Shown here piece after piece: positions 1 through 8,690 of a DNA stretch of 24,583 bases (its first letter is position 1; each line of letters opens with the position of its first letter). Source of the DNA: a virus (lineage: Duplodnaviria; Caudoviricetes); IMG/VR virus record IMGVR_UViG_3300017761_000580, positions 1 through 24,583 of that record, one strand, 5' to 3'. The notes under the pieces were generated by a model, which worked only from the letters and a program-made list of their open reading frames with translations, made no database searches and was not told the DNA's origin. Made by a program: the position numbers and the translations under genes.

Positions 1-1
1 C

Positions 2-91
2 GAACACCTTGAGACTTTGGACGACTGCGCGAAGGCCCTTGGGCTTGATATTTTGCCATCAAAGGCCCTCACCCCACCCACGGGGACGTAG
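2..91 (+). CDS. Partial CDS, 3' end of a hypothetical protein
   Basis: Open frame from the window edge (EHLETLDDCAKALGLDILPSKALTPPTGT) to TAG at 89-91, just before the next ATG at 96. Confidence 0.4.
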   Translation, partial: EHLETLDDCAKALGLDILPSKALTPPTGT

Positions 92-95
92 GACC

Positions 96-329
96 ATGAA
101 ACACGACCTGCAATCAATCGGCGCGCTGTGCTTTGCCATCTTTTTAATCATGGTCACGACGTTGGTTTTCGTCGGCGTGTCTCAATGGCTGGCCGGGGTG
201 GCCTACCGCATTGGCCTCGTCAGCAACGAAGCGCAATGGACGATCTACGCAGCGGGTCTGCTCATGTGCATCGGCACGGTGGTCACCGTTGCCGGTCGCA
301 TCGTGGATGGTGAGTGGTGGTTCACATGA
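96..329 (+). CDS. Small membrane protein with two predicted TM helices
   Basis: ATG at 96 preceded by AGGA. Two hydrophobic stretches (IGALCFAIFLIMVTTLVFVGV; IYAAGLLMCIGTVVTVAG). ATGA overlap with the next gene. Confidence 0.65.
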   Translation: MKHDLQSIGALCFAIFLIMVTTLVFVGVSQWLAGVAYRIGLVSNEAQWTIYAAGLLMCIGTVVTVAGRIVDGEWWFT

Positions 330-508
330 GCGTCACTAACCAGCGTATTTTGTACTGCTTTCAATGCGTATACGCAGTCTGGCCGGTGCACGAACTGGGA
401 CTTTGCGGCCACCCCGGCGCTAACAAATCAACAACCTCAGAATGTCGAGACGCCCTTGGCGCGTGCGGACCTAACGCGAATTTGTATAAGGAAATAAGCT
501 GTGAATAA
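326..508 (+). CDS. Small Cys-rich protein, putatively Zn-binding
   Basis: CFQC...CGHP...C...CGP pattern typical of small phage proteins. ATGA coupling at 326-329. Confidence 0.65.
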   Translation: MSVTNQRILYCFQCVYAVWPVHELGLCGHPGANKSTTSECRDALGACGPNANLYKEISCE

Positions 509-734
509 TCAGAAGATGAAACTTACGCCGGAACAAAAGAAATTCTCGGCATGGTGCAAGGCCAACGGTTTAACCCGTGAGCAAACCGCCGCCGTGTTTG
601 GCTGCGACTTGCGGACCATCTACCGCTATCTCTCCGGCACGACCGAGCCGCATGGCGGTGTCATACGGCTGCTGGAAGTGTTTACACGCTTCCCCGCCGC
701 GCAAGCTGAGATGATCCAGAAGTATACTCACTAA
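501..734 (+). CDS. XRE/Cro-family helix-turn-helix protein
   Basis: GLTREQTAAVFGCDLRTIYRYLSG matches the HTH pattern. AAGGA upstream of the GTG start. Confidence 0.8.
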   Translation: MNNQKMKLTPEQKKFSAWCKANGLTREQTAAVFGCDLRTIYRYLSGTTEPHGGVIRLLEVFTRFPAAQAEMIQKYTH

Positions 735-2989
735 AACGGCGCGGCGTCTTTCAGGCGGTAGGTAACTTTCGGTCTACCGGACGCGCCAGCGGCGGCGGTG
801 ATAACCTCAACCAACACCTCCGCCGCAATCAACCCCTTCATCACCGCATCGCGGTCACGGCCCAGGAATTGCGTTTTGCGGCACAGGGCTGACGATTGCA
901 TAGACCCACCAGCCTTACGCACTATCTCAATCACGCGCTTGCTATAGTTTTCGGCGGTGTTGTCGCTAACGTAGCGTTCAACACCGTCAACTAGCTGATT
1001 GATTGACCGATCTACAATGGCGCGGGCGAACTCTACATCGTAGGTGTTGATAATCGGATTCTCGGGATCACACCCAATGGCATGGATCATGGCGACTTTG
1101 ATTGTTAATTCGTCGCGCCGCGCCCAGAACGATGTAAACGGCGTTCCCTCTAAAGTCCTTAGCTTCTTTGTCGTGTCCAGCTTCATGTATTTAATCATCT
1201 TGGTGGCCGCATCGTCATACGAAACGTGCATCAACTCCGGCGTATGACCGCCATCTAGCAGAGACGATAGACCGCCGATCCCTTCGTTTATTCTTTTGAG
1301 CAGACTAATCAAATCAGCGGGTGGGTCTTTCTCCGGCGCGTTCTGATCGTCGGGGTAATTTTCCTCCGACTCAAAGATCAAGAACCGGGCTAGAGAACCA
1401 TCCACCGCGTTGCTGGATTCCAGCGCCTTCCAGAAGTGGCTGGGGACCGTAGTGCCGTAAACCGATAGACACGGCTGAATAATCTCCTGCCGGGGACGAA
1501 CCTTTTGGTCAGCGTACTCGATGCCGTGGTACGTCAGGTTTGAGGAAGTGAACAACTCAGTCATGTGCGACATAATTTCGATCAAATGCTTTGGGCCGCG
1601 CTTATCGAGCATCGCGCCCAAGAACATCCCGAACTCGTCGATCTGGAACAGGATGGACGGGCTGCGGTGCAGGGCGCTCAACAAGCCCGAGCCGGAGGCA
1701 ATCTTGGACCCGCCGATCTTCTTATCGGCCCCCAGGAAGTCACTAAAGATGCGGTCTATGATCTGGCGGCTATGGTTCTTCCCGGCCCCGGAGTCCGCGA
1801 GGCTGATGGCGAACAGATTGGTCCGCAGATTGGACGGGCTGCGGTACTTGCGGCCAGCCAGGGTGCCAATGGCGCACAGTGCCGCCGCCAGGGCCAACAC
1901 CGGCTGGGGGCGGATCGACGTTTCATTGATGTATGCCGTCAGATTGCCGACAGCACCCTTGGCCGCTGGGGTGCCGGACTTACGTTTAAACGCCGCTACC
2001 GGCTCAACCTTCTTCCAGGGCGCTGTGGGCTTAATCTTGGCGGGAGGTGGCTCAAACACCTTGGCGTCGAAAACGGCCTCCTGGCGCATCCCTAGGGCGT
2101 CCTGTAGCCATGTCGTGGCCCCGTCCATGGTGGAGCCGGTCACGGCCATAACCAAGTCTATGGCCGTCATACCGCCCGGTTCGCGGGCGAAGTCCTGTAT
2201 GCCTTCAGGGGTAATGCCAATATTGAAATCATCACCGTCCCGCCAATGGGCAATGGCCCTGTATCCTCGATTCGCGCCGCGCTTGGCGTCTGGGATCAAC
2301 CTGAGAACCCAACTATCTAGATTTAACAACGCGGTATCATTGATATCACGCCAAAAGCTATCATTGTCGCCGGAGTGAGGGGTATGGATAGCTTTACCAT
2401 TAACGGCCTGTTTTTCAACTTTGACTTGAAATGGCTCCAGGGCTTTTGCAATTCTATCGTGTATGTCTTGGGGAAGCTCTGGCAACTCGGACGCCGTAAG
2501 GTCTTCCAGGGTATCGGGCGTCAGCCATCTGTAGGCCATGCCCTCGGGATGCACGCTGGGCGGCAATACAGTCTGCTTGCCCTGGGCCAGCACCTCGATG
2601 ACCGAAACGCCGTCCAGCAGGTACTTCTTGGACACCAACGCAACGCCCCGGTAGAAGGCGGTGTACCCCTTCGCGCCGACCTTTTTAACCGGGGACGGGG
2701 GCAGACACGCCTCCAACGCGGCCCGCACTTCCGGCGCACCGTAATCAAAGTCGATAGCGGTGACATTGCTGGCGCGTCCCAGCGCCAGACAGATCGACGG
2801 GTTGGGCCAACCAGCCCACGTATCCAAATGAAATTTGCTGGCGGTCTTATCGCAAAACCGCTGCCATTTGGACATACCAACCCACTGTTCGCCCCTATAC
2901 TCGCCGGGACGCTTCTCGCCGGGGATGATCGGAATGACCGAGTACCCCCGCTCTACGAGCCGGGTAGCGGTCGTGTTGAAGTCAGTCAT
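731..2989 (-). CDS. Bifunctional DNA primase/polymerase (Prim-Pol) fused to a DUF3987-like P-loop helicase domain
   Basis: N-terminal GYSVIPIIPGEKRP, AIDFD and QTVLPPSVHPEGMAYRW motifs of the Prim-Pol family. Walker A ADSGAGKN, Walker B LFQIDEFG, and GSLARFL in the C-terminal half. Confidence 0.85.
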   Translation of the reverse strand: MTDFNTTATRLVERGYSVIPIIPGEKRPGEYRGEQWVGMSKWQRFCDKTASKFHLDTWAGWPNPSICLALGRASNVTAIDFDYGAPEVRAALEACLPPSPVKKVGAKGYTAFYRGVALVSKKYLLDGVSVIEVLAQGKQTVLPPSVHPEGMAYRWLTPDTLEDLTASELPELPQDIHDRIAKALEPFQVKVEKQAVNGKAIHTPHSGDNDSFWRDINDTALLNLDSWVLRLIPDAKRGANRGYRAIAHWRDGDDFNIGITPEGIQDFAREPGGMTAIDLVMAVTGSTMDGATTWLQDALGMRQEAVFDAKVFEPPPAKIKPTAPWKKVEPVAAFKRKSGTPAAKGAVGNLTAYINETSIRPQPVLALAAALCAIGTLAGRKYRSPSNLRTNLFAISLADSGAGKNHSRQIIDRIFSDFLGADKKIGGSKIASGSGLLSALHRSPSILFQIDEFGMFLGAMLDKRGPKHLIEIMSHMTELFTSSNLTYHGIEYADQKVRPRQEIIQPCLSVYGTTVPSHFWKALESSNAVDGSLARFLIFESEENYPDDQNAPEKDPPADLISLLKRINEGIGGLSSLLDGGHTPELMHVSYDDAATKMIKYMKLDTTKKLRTLEGTPFTSFWARRDELTIKVAMIHAIGCDPENPIINTYDVEFARAIVDRSINQLVDGVERYVSDNTAENYSKRVIEIVRKAGGSMQSSALCRKTQFLGRDRDAVMKGLIAAEVLVEVITAAAGASGRPKVTYRLKDAAPF

Positions 2990-3411
2990 TCTTGCCCTAT
3001 GACAGTGACGGTGACGATGAGTTGCGGGATATCGGAATAATGCTTGGTGGCTGTCAGCTTAACAATCTGCGCGTCATCAACGACAACGATGCCGTTCATG
3101 CCGTCCAATGCTTTAACGATGTTGTCGAGGTCCGGCTTCGTGACTGGTTTGATTTGCCCCGCGATGGCCGATAACCGCTTCTTTAGCGACCATGAGGCGG
3201 GCACCATCATAAACGCCTCGACAACAACTTCAACCGGCCCGCCAATGGGTGGCATGTGTCTCATTGCTTCAGCCGCATACGCCGACACCTGATTCTCGTA
3301 CCGGCGCGTTTTCTCGGGCGTGTAAACGACAGCGTGACTACCACGTATAGACACACGCCCTCTGCCCTTCGCTACAGGTTGCCCCGGCACGGTGAAGGAC
3401 ACGACTTTCAA
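2986..3411 (-). CDS. rusA: RusA-family Holliday junction resolvase
   Basis: VPGQPVAKGRGR start, YTPEKT, and the KPDLDNIVKALDGMNGIVVVDDAQIV catalytic signature. Confidence 0.9.
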   Translation of the reverse strand: MKVVSFTVPGQPVAKGRGRVSIRGSHAVVYTPEKTRRYENQVSAYAAEAMRHMPPIGGPVEVVVEAFMMVPASWSLKKRLSAIAGQIKPVTKPDLDNIVKALDGMNGIVVVDDAQIVKLTATKHYSDIPQLIVTVTVIGQE

Positions 3412-3602
3412 GAATAAAAGTCCTGCGCCTTCACTTTTCCGTCTGTTGCCTTCTGGATAGACGCCATATGTGCTGCGCGAGGGATGCGCTTGTCATCGTC
3501 CGTAGCCATCCATCGGGATACCGCAGCCTCAGAAGCCTCAATCATCTTTGCAAAATCACGGTTCGTGATATTTTGCAAATCAAGCCATTTTCTCAACTTC
3601 AT
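3408..3602 (-). CDS. Cro-like HTH regulator
   Basis: MKLRKWL..ITNRDFAKMIEASEAAVSRW..RIPRAAHMASIQKATDGKVKAQDF is a typical phage Cro-like pattern. The ATG at 3602 has GGAG upstream and is preferred over the track start at 3638. Confidence 0.8.
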   Translation of the reverse strand: MKLRKWLDLQNITNRDFAKMIEASEAAVSRWMATDDDKRIPRAAHMASIQKATDGKVKAQDFYS

Positions 3603-3610
3603 ATAAATCT

Positions 3611-3674
3611 CCGTTGTAGAGAAAATAGTCTTTGACATAGCTGCAACGGCTTGGCAATCTCCTTTTTGTCAAAG
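3611..3674. promoter_or_regulatory. Divergent promoter/operator region
   Basis: TTGACA on + at 3632-3637 with CAATCT 17 nt later. TTGACA on - at 3667-3672. Inverted repeats CTTTGACA/TGTCAAAG (3630-3637, 3667-3674) and CCGTTGTAG/CTGCAACGG (3611-3619, 3641-3649). Confidence 0.6.
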
Positions 3675-3701
3675 CGTAAAACCCCAACAACCGAGGAAAT
3701 C

Positions 3702-4106
3702 ATGAACTTTAAACCAAAGATGTTTGCCAACCGTACTGTTGAAGATGCTGCGTCAGACTGGATGGACGCGAAGAACGAAGAGACTGCGGCCAACAAGCGC
3801 CGCATTGAAATCGAGGAAGAGCTTCTCTCATTCCTCACTTCCAAGATCGAAGGCAGCGAGTCTCACCAGATTGGACCTTACAAGGTCACGCTCACTGGCC
3901 GTCTCAATCGCAAGGTTGATTGGGAGTTGGTGAAAGCGTTGGGTGTCCCCGACGCTATTTCCCCCGTTAAATACAAACCCGAACTAGACTTGAAAGGACT
4001 CCGCTATTTGGAAAGCAACGAACCAGAAACCTACAAACTCTTTTGCAAGGCCCTGACCGTCGAGCCTGCAAAGACATCCGTAACTGTAACTAGGAACGAG
4101 AATTAA
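3702..4106 (+). CDS. Conserved phage protein of the recombination module (coiled-coil N-terminus)
   Basis: ATG at 3702 with GAGG RBS. First gene of the rightward operon, in the position usually occupied by small proteins preceding Sak4-like ATPases. Confidence 0.7.
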   Translation: MNFKPKMFANRTVEDAASDWMDAKNEETAANKRRIEIEEELLSFLTSKIEGSESHQIGPYKVTLTGRLNRKVDWELVKALGVPDAISPVKYKPELDLKGLRYLESNEPETYKLFCKALTVEPAKTSVTVTRNEN

Positions 4107-4107
4107 A

Positions 4108-4857
4108 ATGGCAATCAATCTACAATCCCTTCGCACGACAAGTGCTGGCAAACCGGCGCGTATGGTTCTCTATGGCTCTCATGGGGTCGGCAAGAGCAGC
4201 TTCGCGGCACAGGCTGACAAGCCGGTCTTCATCCAGACTGAAGAAGGTTTGGATGCTCTGACCGTCACGCGGTTTCCCTTGGCAACGTCATATGGCGAAG
4301 TAATGGAAGCACTGGAATGTCTGTGTAAAGACAAGCACGACTACGCGACTGTCGTGATTGATAGTGCCGATTGGCTGGAGAAGCTGATCTTCAAACAAGT
4401 TGCTGCAAACAATAAAGTGAACAGCATTGATGAGATCGGCTTTGGTAAGGGCTTTGGGTTTGCGGTGGACCTTTGGCATTACATCTTAGGGATGCTTGAA
4501 GAACTGCGTAATGCAAAAAACATGGGCGTAATTTTGCTGGCACATTCGCAGGTGAAGAGGTTCGACGATCCACTCGCGGATTCCTATGACCGCTACATAC
4601 TTGATCTTCACAAGGGCGGCGCAAGCCTCATCAGCGAATGGTGTGATCTGTTGATGTTTGCGAACTACCGTGTAAACACCGTGAAGTCTGATGTGGGCTT
4701 TAACCAAAAGAAGACCCGTGCCGTTGGTGCTGGTGAGCGTTTCCTGCACACTCAAGAGCGCCCCGGCTGGGTTGCCAAGTCCCGGTGGGCGTTACCAGAG
4801 TCTATGAAACTGGACTACGAAACTTTCGCAACAGAACTTAAAAAGGTAAAAGGATAA
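4108..4857 (+). CDS. AAA_24 / Sak4-like ATPase (single-strand annealing recombinase)
   Basis: LYGSHGVGKSSFA Walker A, FIQTEEG, TVVIDSADWLE Walker B, LLAHSQ, EWCD and AKSR motifs. Adjacent to an SSB. Confidence 0.88.
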   Translation: MAINLQSLRTTSAGKPARMVLYGSHGVGKSSFAAQADKPVFIQTEEGLDALTVTRFPLATSYGEVMEALECLCKDKHDYATVVIDSADWLEKLIFKQVAANNKVNSIDEIGFGKGFGFAVDLWHYILGMLEELRNAKNMGVILLAHSQVKRFDDPLADSYDRYILDLHKGGASLISEWCDLLMFANYRVNTVKSDVGFNQKKTRAVGAGERFLHTQERPGWVAKSRWALPESMKLDYETFATELKKVKG

Positions 4858-4862
4858 TAACT

Positions 4863-5372
4863 ATGGCTGAACTACATGGATACGACTTCGACGCCGATTC
4901 CGTTACCGACCGCCCCGGCGCGGTGCTGTTGCCTGTTGGTGATTACGTCGTTGAAATAACGGAAAGCGACTTCAAGGCCACTAAAAACGGTCTTGGAAAA
5001 TACATCAGTTTGGAATTTACGATTATTGACGGGGAGCGTGTTGGTCGTAAATTCTTTGTGAACCTGAACGTCTTAAACAGGAACGAAAAGACTGTAGAAA
5101 TCGCAAACCGCGCCGTGAAAGACTTGCTCCGCGCAACTCACCAGCTTGGCAAGCCGTTCACGAACTCAGCCATGCTGCACAACCTCCCCTTCAAGGTGAG
5201 TGTCACCATGGGCAAACGAAGCGACAATAACGAGGACGAAAACAGATTTCGTTATTCCGCCATCACCGAAGCCGCGCCGTCAGACACGCCAACCACGCCG
5301 ACCGCAGCGGCCCCCGCCGCGCTGGCGGCTGGTGGCGGCAACGCTCCCAAGAAGAAGCCTTGGGAAAAATAG
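4863..5372 (+). CDS. DUF669-family single-stranded DNA-binding protein
   Basis: LPVGDYVVEITESDFKATKNGLGKYISLEFTIIDGERVGRKFFVNLNV pattern. Ala/Pro-rich tail ending KKPWEK. Confidence 0.85.
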   Translation: MAELHGYDFDADSVTDRPGAVLLPVGDYVVEITESDFKATKNGLGKYISLEFTIIDGERVGRKFFVNLNVLNRNEKTVEIANRAVKDLLRATHQLGKPFTNSAMLHNLPFKVSVTMGKRSDNNEDENRFRYSAITEAAPSDTPTTPTAAAPAALAAGGGNAPKKKPWEK

Positions 5373-5380
5373 CAAAGGGA

Positions 5381-5408
5381 GCCGGGGGCGTAATGCCCCC
5401 GGTTTTTT
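5381..5408 (+). terminator. Rho-independent terminator after the SSB gene
   Basis: GCCGGGGGC(GTAAT)GCCCCCGGT hairpin running into a T tract. Confidence 0.8.
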
Positions 5409-5409
5409 C

Positions 5410-5787
5410 ATGACCACAGATCATAACAAGATGACCACGGTAGTAATTACCGTTACCAAGCCCAGTCAGCTAACGATGTTTGACGAGGAAGAATCCAAGC
5501 GCCGCCGGGATGGTGGTATCGCTTTGGTGGCAGACAATGGCGCTGGATGGCAAGACCGAGCCATGTATGTGATCTGGCACCTCCCCATTGGCTGGACGGG
5601 GATTGGAGAAGACATTCGCAAGCTGGTGCTAGAATCAGGTGCCGGACCCCCACACAATAAGAATTGCTGGGGGGCACTTATTATGGCAGCGACAAGACAT
5701 AAAATGGTTCAAAGAACTGGTGAAGTAAGGCACGCAAGGATCGTGAGTTCTAATGCACGGACTTGCATGGTTTTGAAAAGAATATAA
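5410..5787 (+). CDS. Hypothetical phage protein
   Basis: ATG at 5410 right after the terminator (5431 is also possible). TAATG coupling to the next gene. RRDGGIALV...W...GEDIR...PHNKNCWGA resembles recurrent phage hypotheticals. Confidence 0.65.
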   Translation: MTTDHNKMTTVVITVTKPSQLTMFDEEESKRRRDGGIALVADNGAGWQDRAMYVIWHLPIGWTGIGEDIRKLVLESGAGPPHNKNCWGALIMAATRHKMVQRTGEVRHARIVSSNARTCMVLKRI

Positions 5788-6752
5788 TGGTTCCTATCAA
5801 TCTCCCTGACCAAACGCTCATGCGTATGAACGATGCGCTGGAGCAGCAGTACGTCTCAGAACAGCGCGGATACATCGGCGCGTCTTCCATCGGCGCGGCC
5901 TGTGACCGGCGTATATGGAACCAGTTCCATTGGGTCGATTCAGAGAAGATGTCTGCCAGGTCCTTGAAGGCCATCGCGGACGGGCACCATAGCGAAGGAG
6001 TGATGGCTGACCGCTTGCGGCTGGTTGATGGTATCTCGCTGCATACTCATCAGGAAAACGGTGAGCAATTCGGTTTTGAAGACGGCCACATTCGCGGCCA
6101 TCTGGACGGCATCATCTTCGGGCTAGAACACTCGCAGGAGGGACACGTTTGGGAACACAAGTGTGTAAACGTCGAGAAGTTTGAGAAGCTGATTAAGCTA
6201 AAGGTCAAAGACGAGACGCTGGCCTTATTGGAATGGGACGAAATCTACTTCGCCCAGGCCCAGCTATACATGCACTACTTCAATATCAAGTGGCACTACC
6301 TGACGGTCTGCACACCCGGTAGCCGCAACGAAACGGCGTGCTTCACGGCGTATAACCCCGACGCGGCCAACCACTATATCGAGCGGGCCAATAAGATCAT
6401 CAGCGCCGACAAGCCCCCGCCGCGCATATCCGAAAGCGCGTCATGGTTCCAGTGCAAGTGGTGTCCGTTCACGGACAACTGCCACGGCGAGAAGCCACCG
6501 GCCATGAACTGCCGCACTTGCGTACACTCAACGTCTACCCAGCACGGCACATGGGTTTGCGAACTGCACCACAAGGAATTAGATAAAGAGGTGCAGAAGT
6601 CAGGCTGCAAAGACCATCTGCACAACCCCGGCCTCATGCCGGGGACGCAGACGGACGCGGGCGACGGATGGATTGAATACAAACTCAACAACGGAACAAC
6701 AATCAGGAACCAAAATGCTGAAGTTACGACCCTACCAGCGACAGGCGGTTGA
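5787..6752 (+). CDS. Cas4-like PD-(D/E)xK exonuclease with Cys clusters
   Basis: RGYIGASSIGAACDRRIW, GHLDGII, WEHK, YFAQAQLYM, CKWCPFTDNC, plus a second CRTC..C..C cluster. Start at the TAATG overlap. Confidence 0.85.
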   Translation: MVPINLPDQTLMRMNDALEQQYVSEQRGYIGASSIGAACDRRIWNQFHWVDSEKMSARSLKAIADGHHSEGVMADRLRLVDGISLHTHQENGEQFGFEDGHIRGHLDGIIFGLEHSQEGHVWEHKCVNVEKFEKLIKLKVKDETLALLEWDEIYFAQAQLYMHYFNIKWHYLTVCTPGSRNETACFTAYNPDAANHYIERANKIISADKPPPRISESASWFQCKWCPFTDNCHGEKPPAMNCRTCVHSTSTQHGTWVCELHHKELDKEVQKSGCKDHLHNPGLMPGTQTDAGDGWIEYKLNNGTTIRNQNAEVTTLPATGG

Positions 6753-8343
6753 TTCGGTATTCGAGTGGTTCGAGGGCGAGGGCCACTCGGCCAACCCTCT
6801 GATCGTTCTACCCACCGGCACGGGCAAAAGCCTTGTGCTGTCCGAAATATGCCGCCAATCCATTGCCGAATACGGCGAGATGAAGATTGTGGTTGTCACT
6901 CACGTTATGGAGTTGATAGCCCAGAACTACGCCGAGATGATGCGCCAATGGCCGCAAGCCGACGCTGGTATCTATTCGGCTGGCATCGGTAAGCGCCAGC
7001 ACACTCCAGCCGTTGTGTTCTGCGGTATTCAATCCGTACACGCCAAGGCCCACCTGTTCCAGAAGGTTGATTTCGTAATCGTGGATGAGGCGCATTTGAT
7101 ACCGCGCAAGGTCAACACGATGTACCAGAAGTTCCTTAACAGCCTTCGCGTAGCCAACCCGCACATGAAGATCATCGGGCTGACGGCCACGCCGTACCGC
7201 ATGGATAGCGGGATGCTGCACACAGGCGACGGGGCGCTGTTTGATGACATCTGCTACGAGTACAGCGTGCTGGATGCCATTAAAGAAGGCTACCTGTGCA
7301 ACCTGATTACCAAGAATACCCGGCTGGAACTGGATACCAGCGGCGTCCACACCAGGGGCGGTGAGTTCATCCAAGCCGAACTGCAAGACGCGGTGGACGA
7401 AGAGGGTATTAACCGCCGCGCCGTGGAAGAAATGATCGAGTGGGGCCGGGACCGTAACCATTGGCTGATCTTTGGGTCTGGCGTCAGCCATTGTCTCCAT
7501 CTGTCGGAAATGCTGAACGAAAAGGGCATTGATTGCCGCACCATTTTTGGCGACACGCCGAAAGACGAACGCGCTGAAACGATTGCAGCGTTTAAACGCG
7601 GTGAAGTGCGGGCGCTGTGTTCCATGGGCGTGCTGACCACTGGCTTCAACGCACCCCAGGTGGACATGATTGCCGTACTGCGCCCCACCAAGTCACCGGG
7701 GCTGTTTGTGCAGATCGTTGGCCGGGGTATGCGTATAGCCGAGGGCAAGAACGACTGCCTGATCTTAGACTTCGCTCGTAACATCCAGCGCCACGGGCCG
7801 GTAGATCAAGCCAGGGTCAAGAACAAGGACCACCGCGAGAAGACCGAGCCGAGCGACGGGCCGTTGGTAAAGAACTGCCCCCAATGCCGTAGCGTTGTGC
7901 ATTTGTCCTGTATGCAATGCCCTGACTGCGGCTACGAGTTCCCCCGCGAGATTAAGATTGTGTCCAAGGCTAGTGACCTGCCCGTTCTATCGAGCGGCAG
8001 TCCTACGCACTGGGTTGATGTCGATAGCGTTAAGTACACGACCCACCGCAAGCCCGGTAAGCCTGACAGTCTCAAGGTGACTTATAACTGTGGCTTCTTG
8101 AGGTACAGCGAGTGGGTTTGCTTAGAGCATCAGGGATACGCGGCTGAGAAGGCCGCGACATGGTGGAAGGGCCGTGGCGGTTCTCAAATTCCGCTGACTG
8201 TTGCGGAGGCCATTGCGCGGCAACGCGAATTGGAAACGCCGAAGTCTATAAAAATTAAACGCAATGGTAAATTTGATGAAATCACAACCTACCTTTGGTG
8301 TGTGCCACGTGTGCCGCCGGGAGAGGCGCGGCTTTCGGTTTGA
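6715..8343 (+). CDS. Superfamily 2 DEAH helicase (RadD/YejH-like) with C-terminal Zn ribbon
   Basis: LRPYQ, LPTGTGKS, VDEAH, GLTATPYR, LTTGFNAP, QIVGRGMR and CPQC..CPDC motifs. ATG at 6715 with AGGA RBS. Confidence 0.92.
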   Translation: MLKLRPYQRQAVDSVFEWFEGEGHSANPLIVLPTGTGKSLVLSEICRQSIAEYGEMKIVVVTHVMELIAQNYAEMMRQWPQADAGIYSAGIGKRQHTPAVVFCGIQSVHAKAHLFQKVDFVIVDEAHLIPRKVNTMYQKFLNSLRVANPHMKIIGLTATPYRMDSGMLHTGDGALFDDICYEYSVLDAIKEGYLCNLITKNTRLELDTSGVHTRGGEFIQAELQDAVDEEGINRRAVEEMIEWGRDRNHWLIFGSGVSHCLHLSEMLNEKGIDCRTIFGDTPKDERAETIAAFKRGEVRALCSMGVLTTGFNAPQVDMIAVLRPTKSPGLFVQIVGRGMRIAEGKNDCLILDFARNIQRHGPVDQARVKNKDHREKTEPSDGPLVKNCPQCRSVVHLSCMQCPDCGYEFPREIKIVSKASDLPVLSSGSPTHWVDVDSVKYTTHRKPGKPDSLKVTYNCGFLRYSEWVCLEHQGYAAEKAATWWKGRGGSQIPLTVAEAIARQRELETPKSIKIKRNGKFDEITTYLWCVPRVPPGEARLSV

Positions 8344-8605
8344 CCCTAGAGCTAAGGGCCTGTCCGATCCGGTGCAGTACTTTTGTTCAATGAGATGTAT
8401 GGAGAATAGAATGATCGACCCGACCGCGAACGAGAAGAAGGCTATGGAAATGTCCAGCGAACGCGCTGGAGAATACCTTGGCTGGCTGAAGAAGACCGAT
8501 ATGGCTGAGTTCAGCCAGAAGGAGTGGTCCGATCTTATCGAGGTGATCGTATCTGGCTACCTTGAGGGGATGTACAATCTGGCTGATGATGAGGTGCCGT
8601 TTTAA
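8276..8605 (+). CDS. Zn-finger phage protein (DUF6511-like) ending in DDEVPF
   Basis: CHVC...FCSMRC, then E..AM......AGEYL....KTDMA.FS..EW..LIEVIV.GY pattern. Start uncertain (8264 or 8276). Confidence 0.7.
   Translation: MKSQPTFGVCHVCRRERRGFRFDPRAKGLSDPVQYFCSMRCMENRMIDPTANEKKAMEMSSERAGEYLGWLKKTDMAEFSQKEWSDLIEVIVSGYLEGMYNLADDEVPF
8517..8605 (+). repeat. Direct repeat copy 1 (89 bp, current 3' end of the DUF6511-like gene)
   Basis: Matches 9288-9376 at 79 of 89 positions with no gaps. First 34 bp identical. Confidence 0.95.
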
Positions 8606-8653
8606 TTACTTTTTCAAAATCCTAGTTTTAAAAAATAGTTGAGCCCAGTTTCA

Positions 8654-8683
8654 TTGACTCGACATTTCGAAAAGCCGCATTTT
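8654..8683 (+). promoter_or_regulatory. Putative sigma70 promoter of the cassette
   Basis: TTGACT (8654-8659), 18 nt, CATTTT (8678-8683), preceded by an AT-rich UP-like tract at 8606-8640. Confidence 0.5.
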
Positions 8684-8690
8684 ACCTAGC

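Noticed and set aside
1521-3040. Long plus-strand ORFs (285, 176 and 221 aa)
   Set aside because: Antisense shadows of the GC-rich primase gene with no recognisable motifs.
5200-5409. N-terminal extension of the 195-aa ORF in the track
   Set aside because: It overlaps the SSB gene and crosses a terminator. A start at 5410 or later is more plausible.
6808-7784. Minus-strand ORFs (230 and 164 aa)
   Set aside because: Antisense to the well-supported helicase gene.
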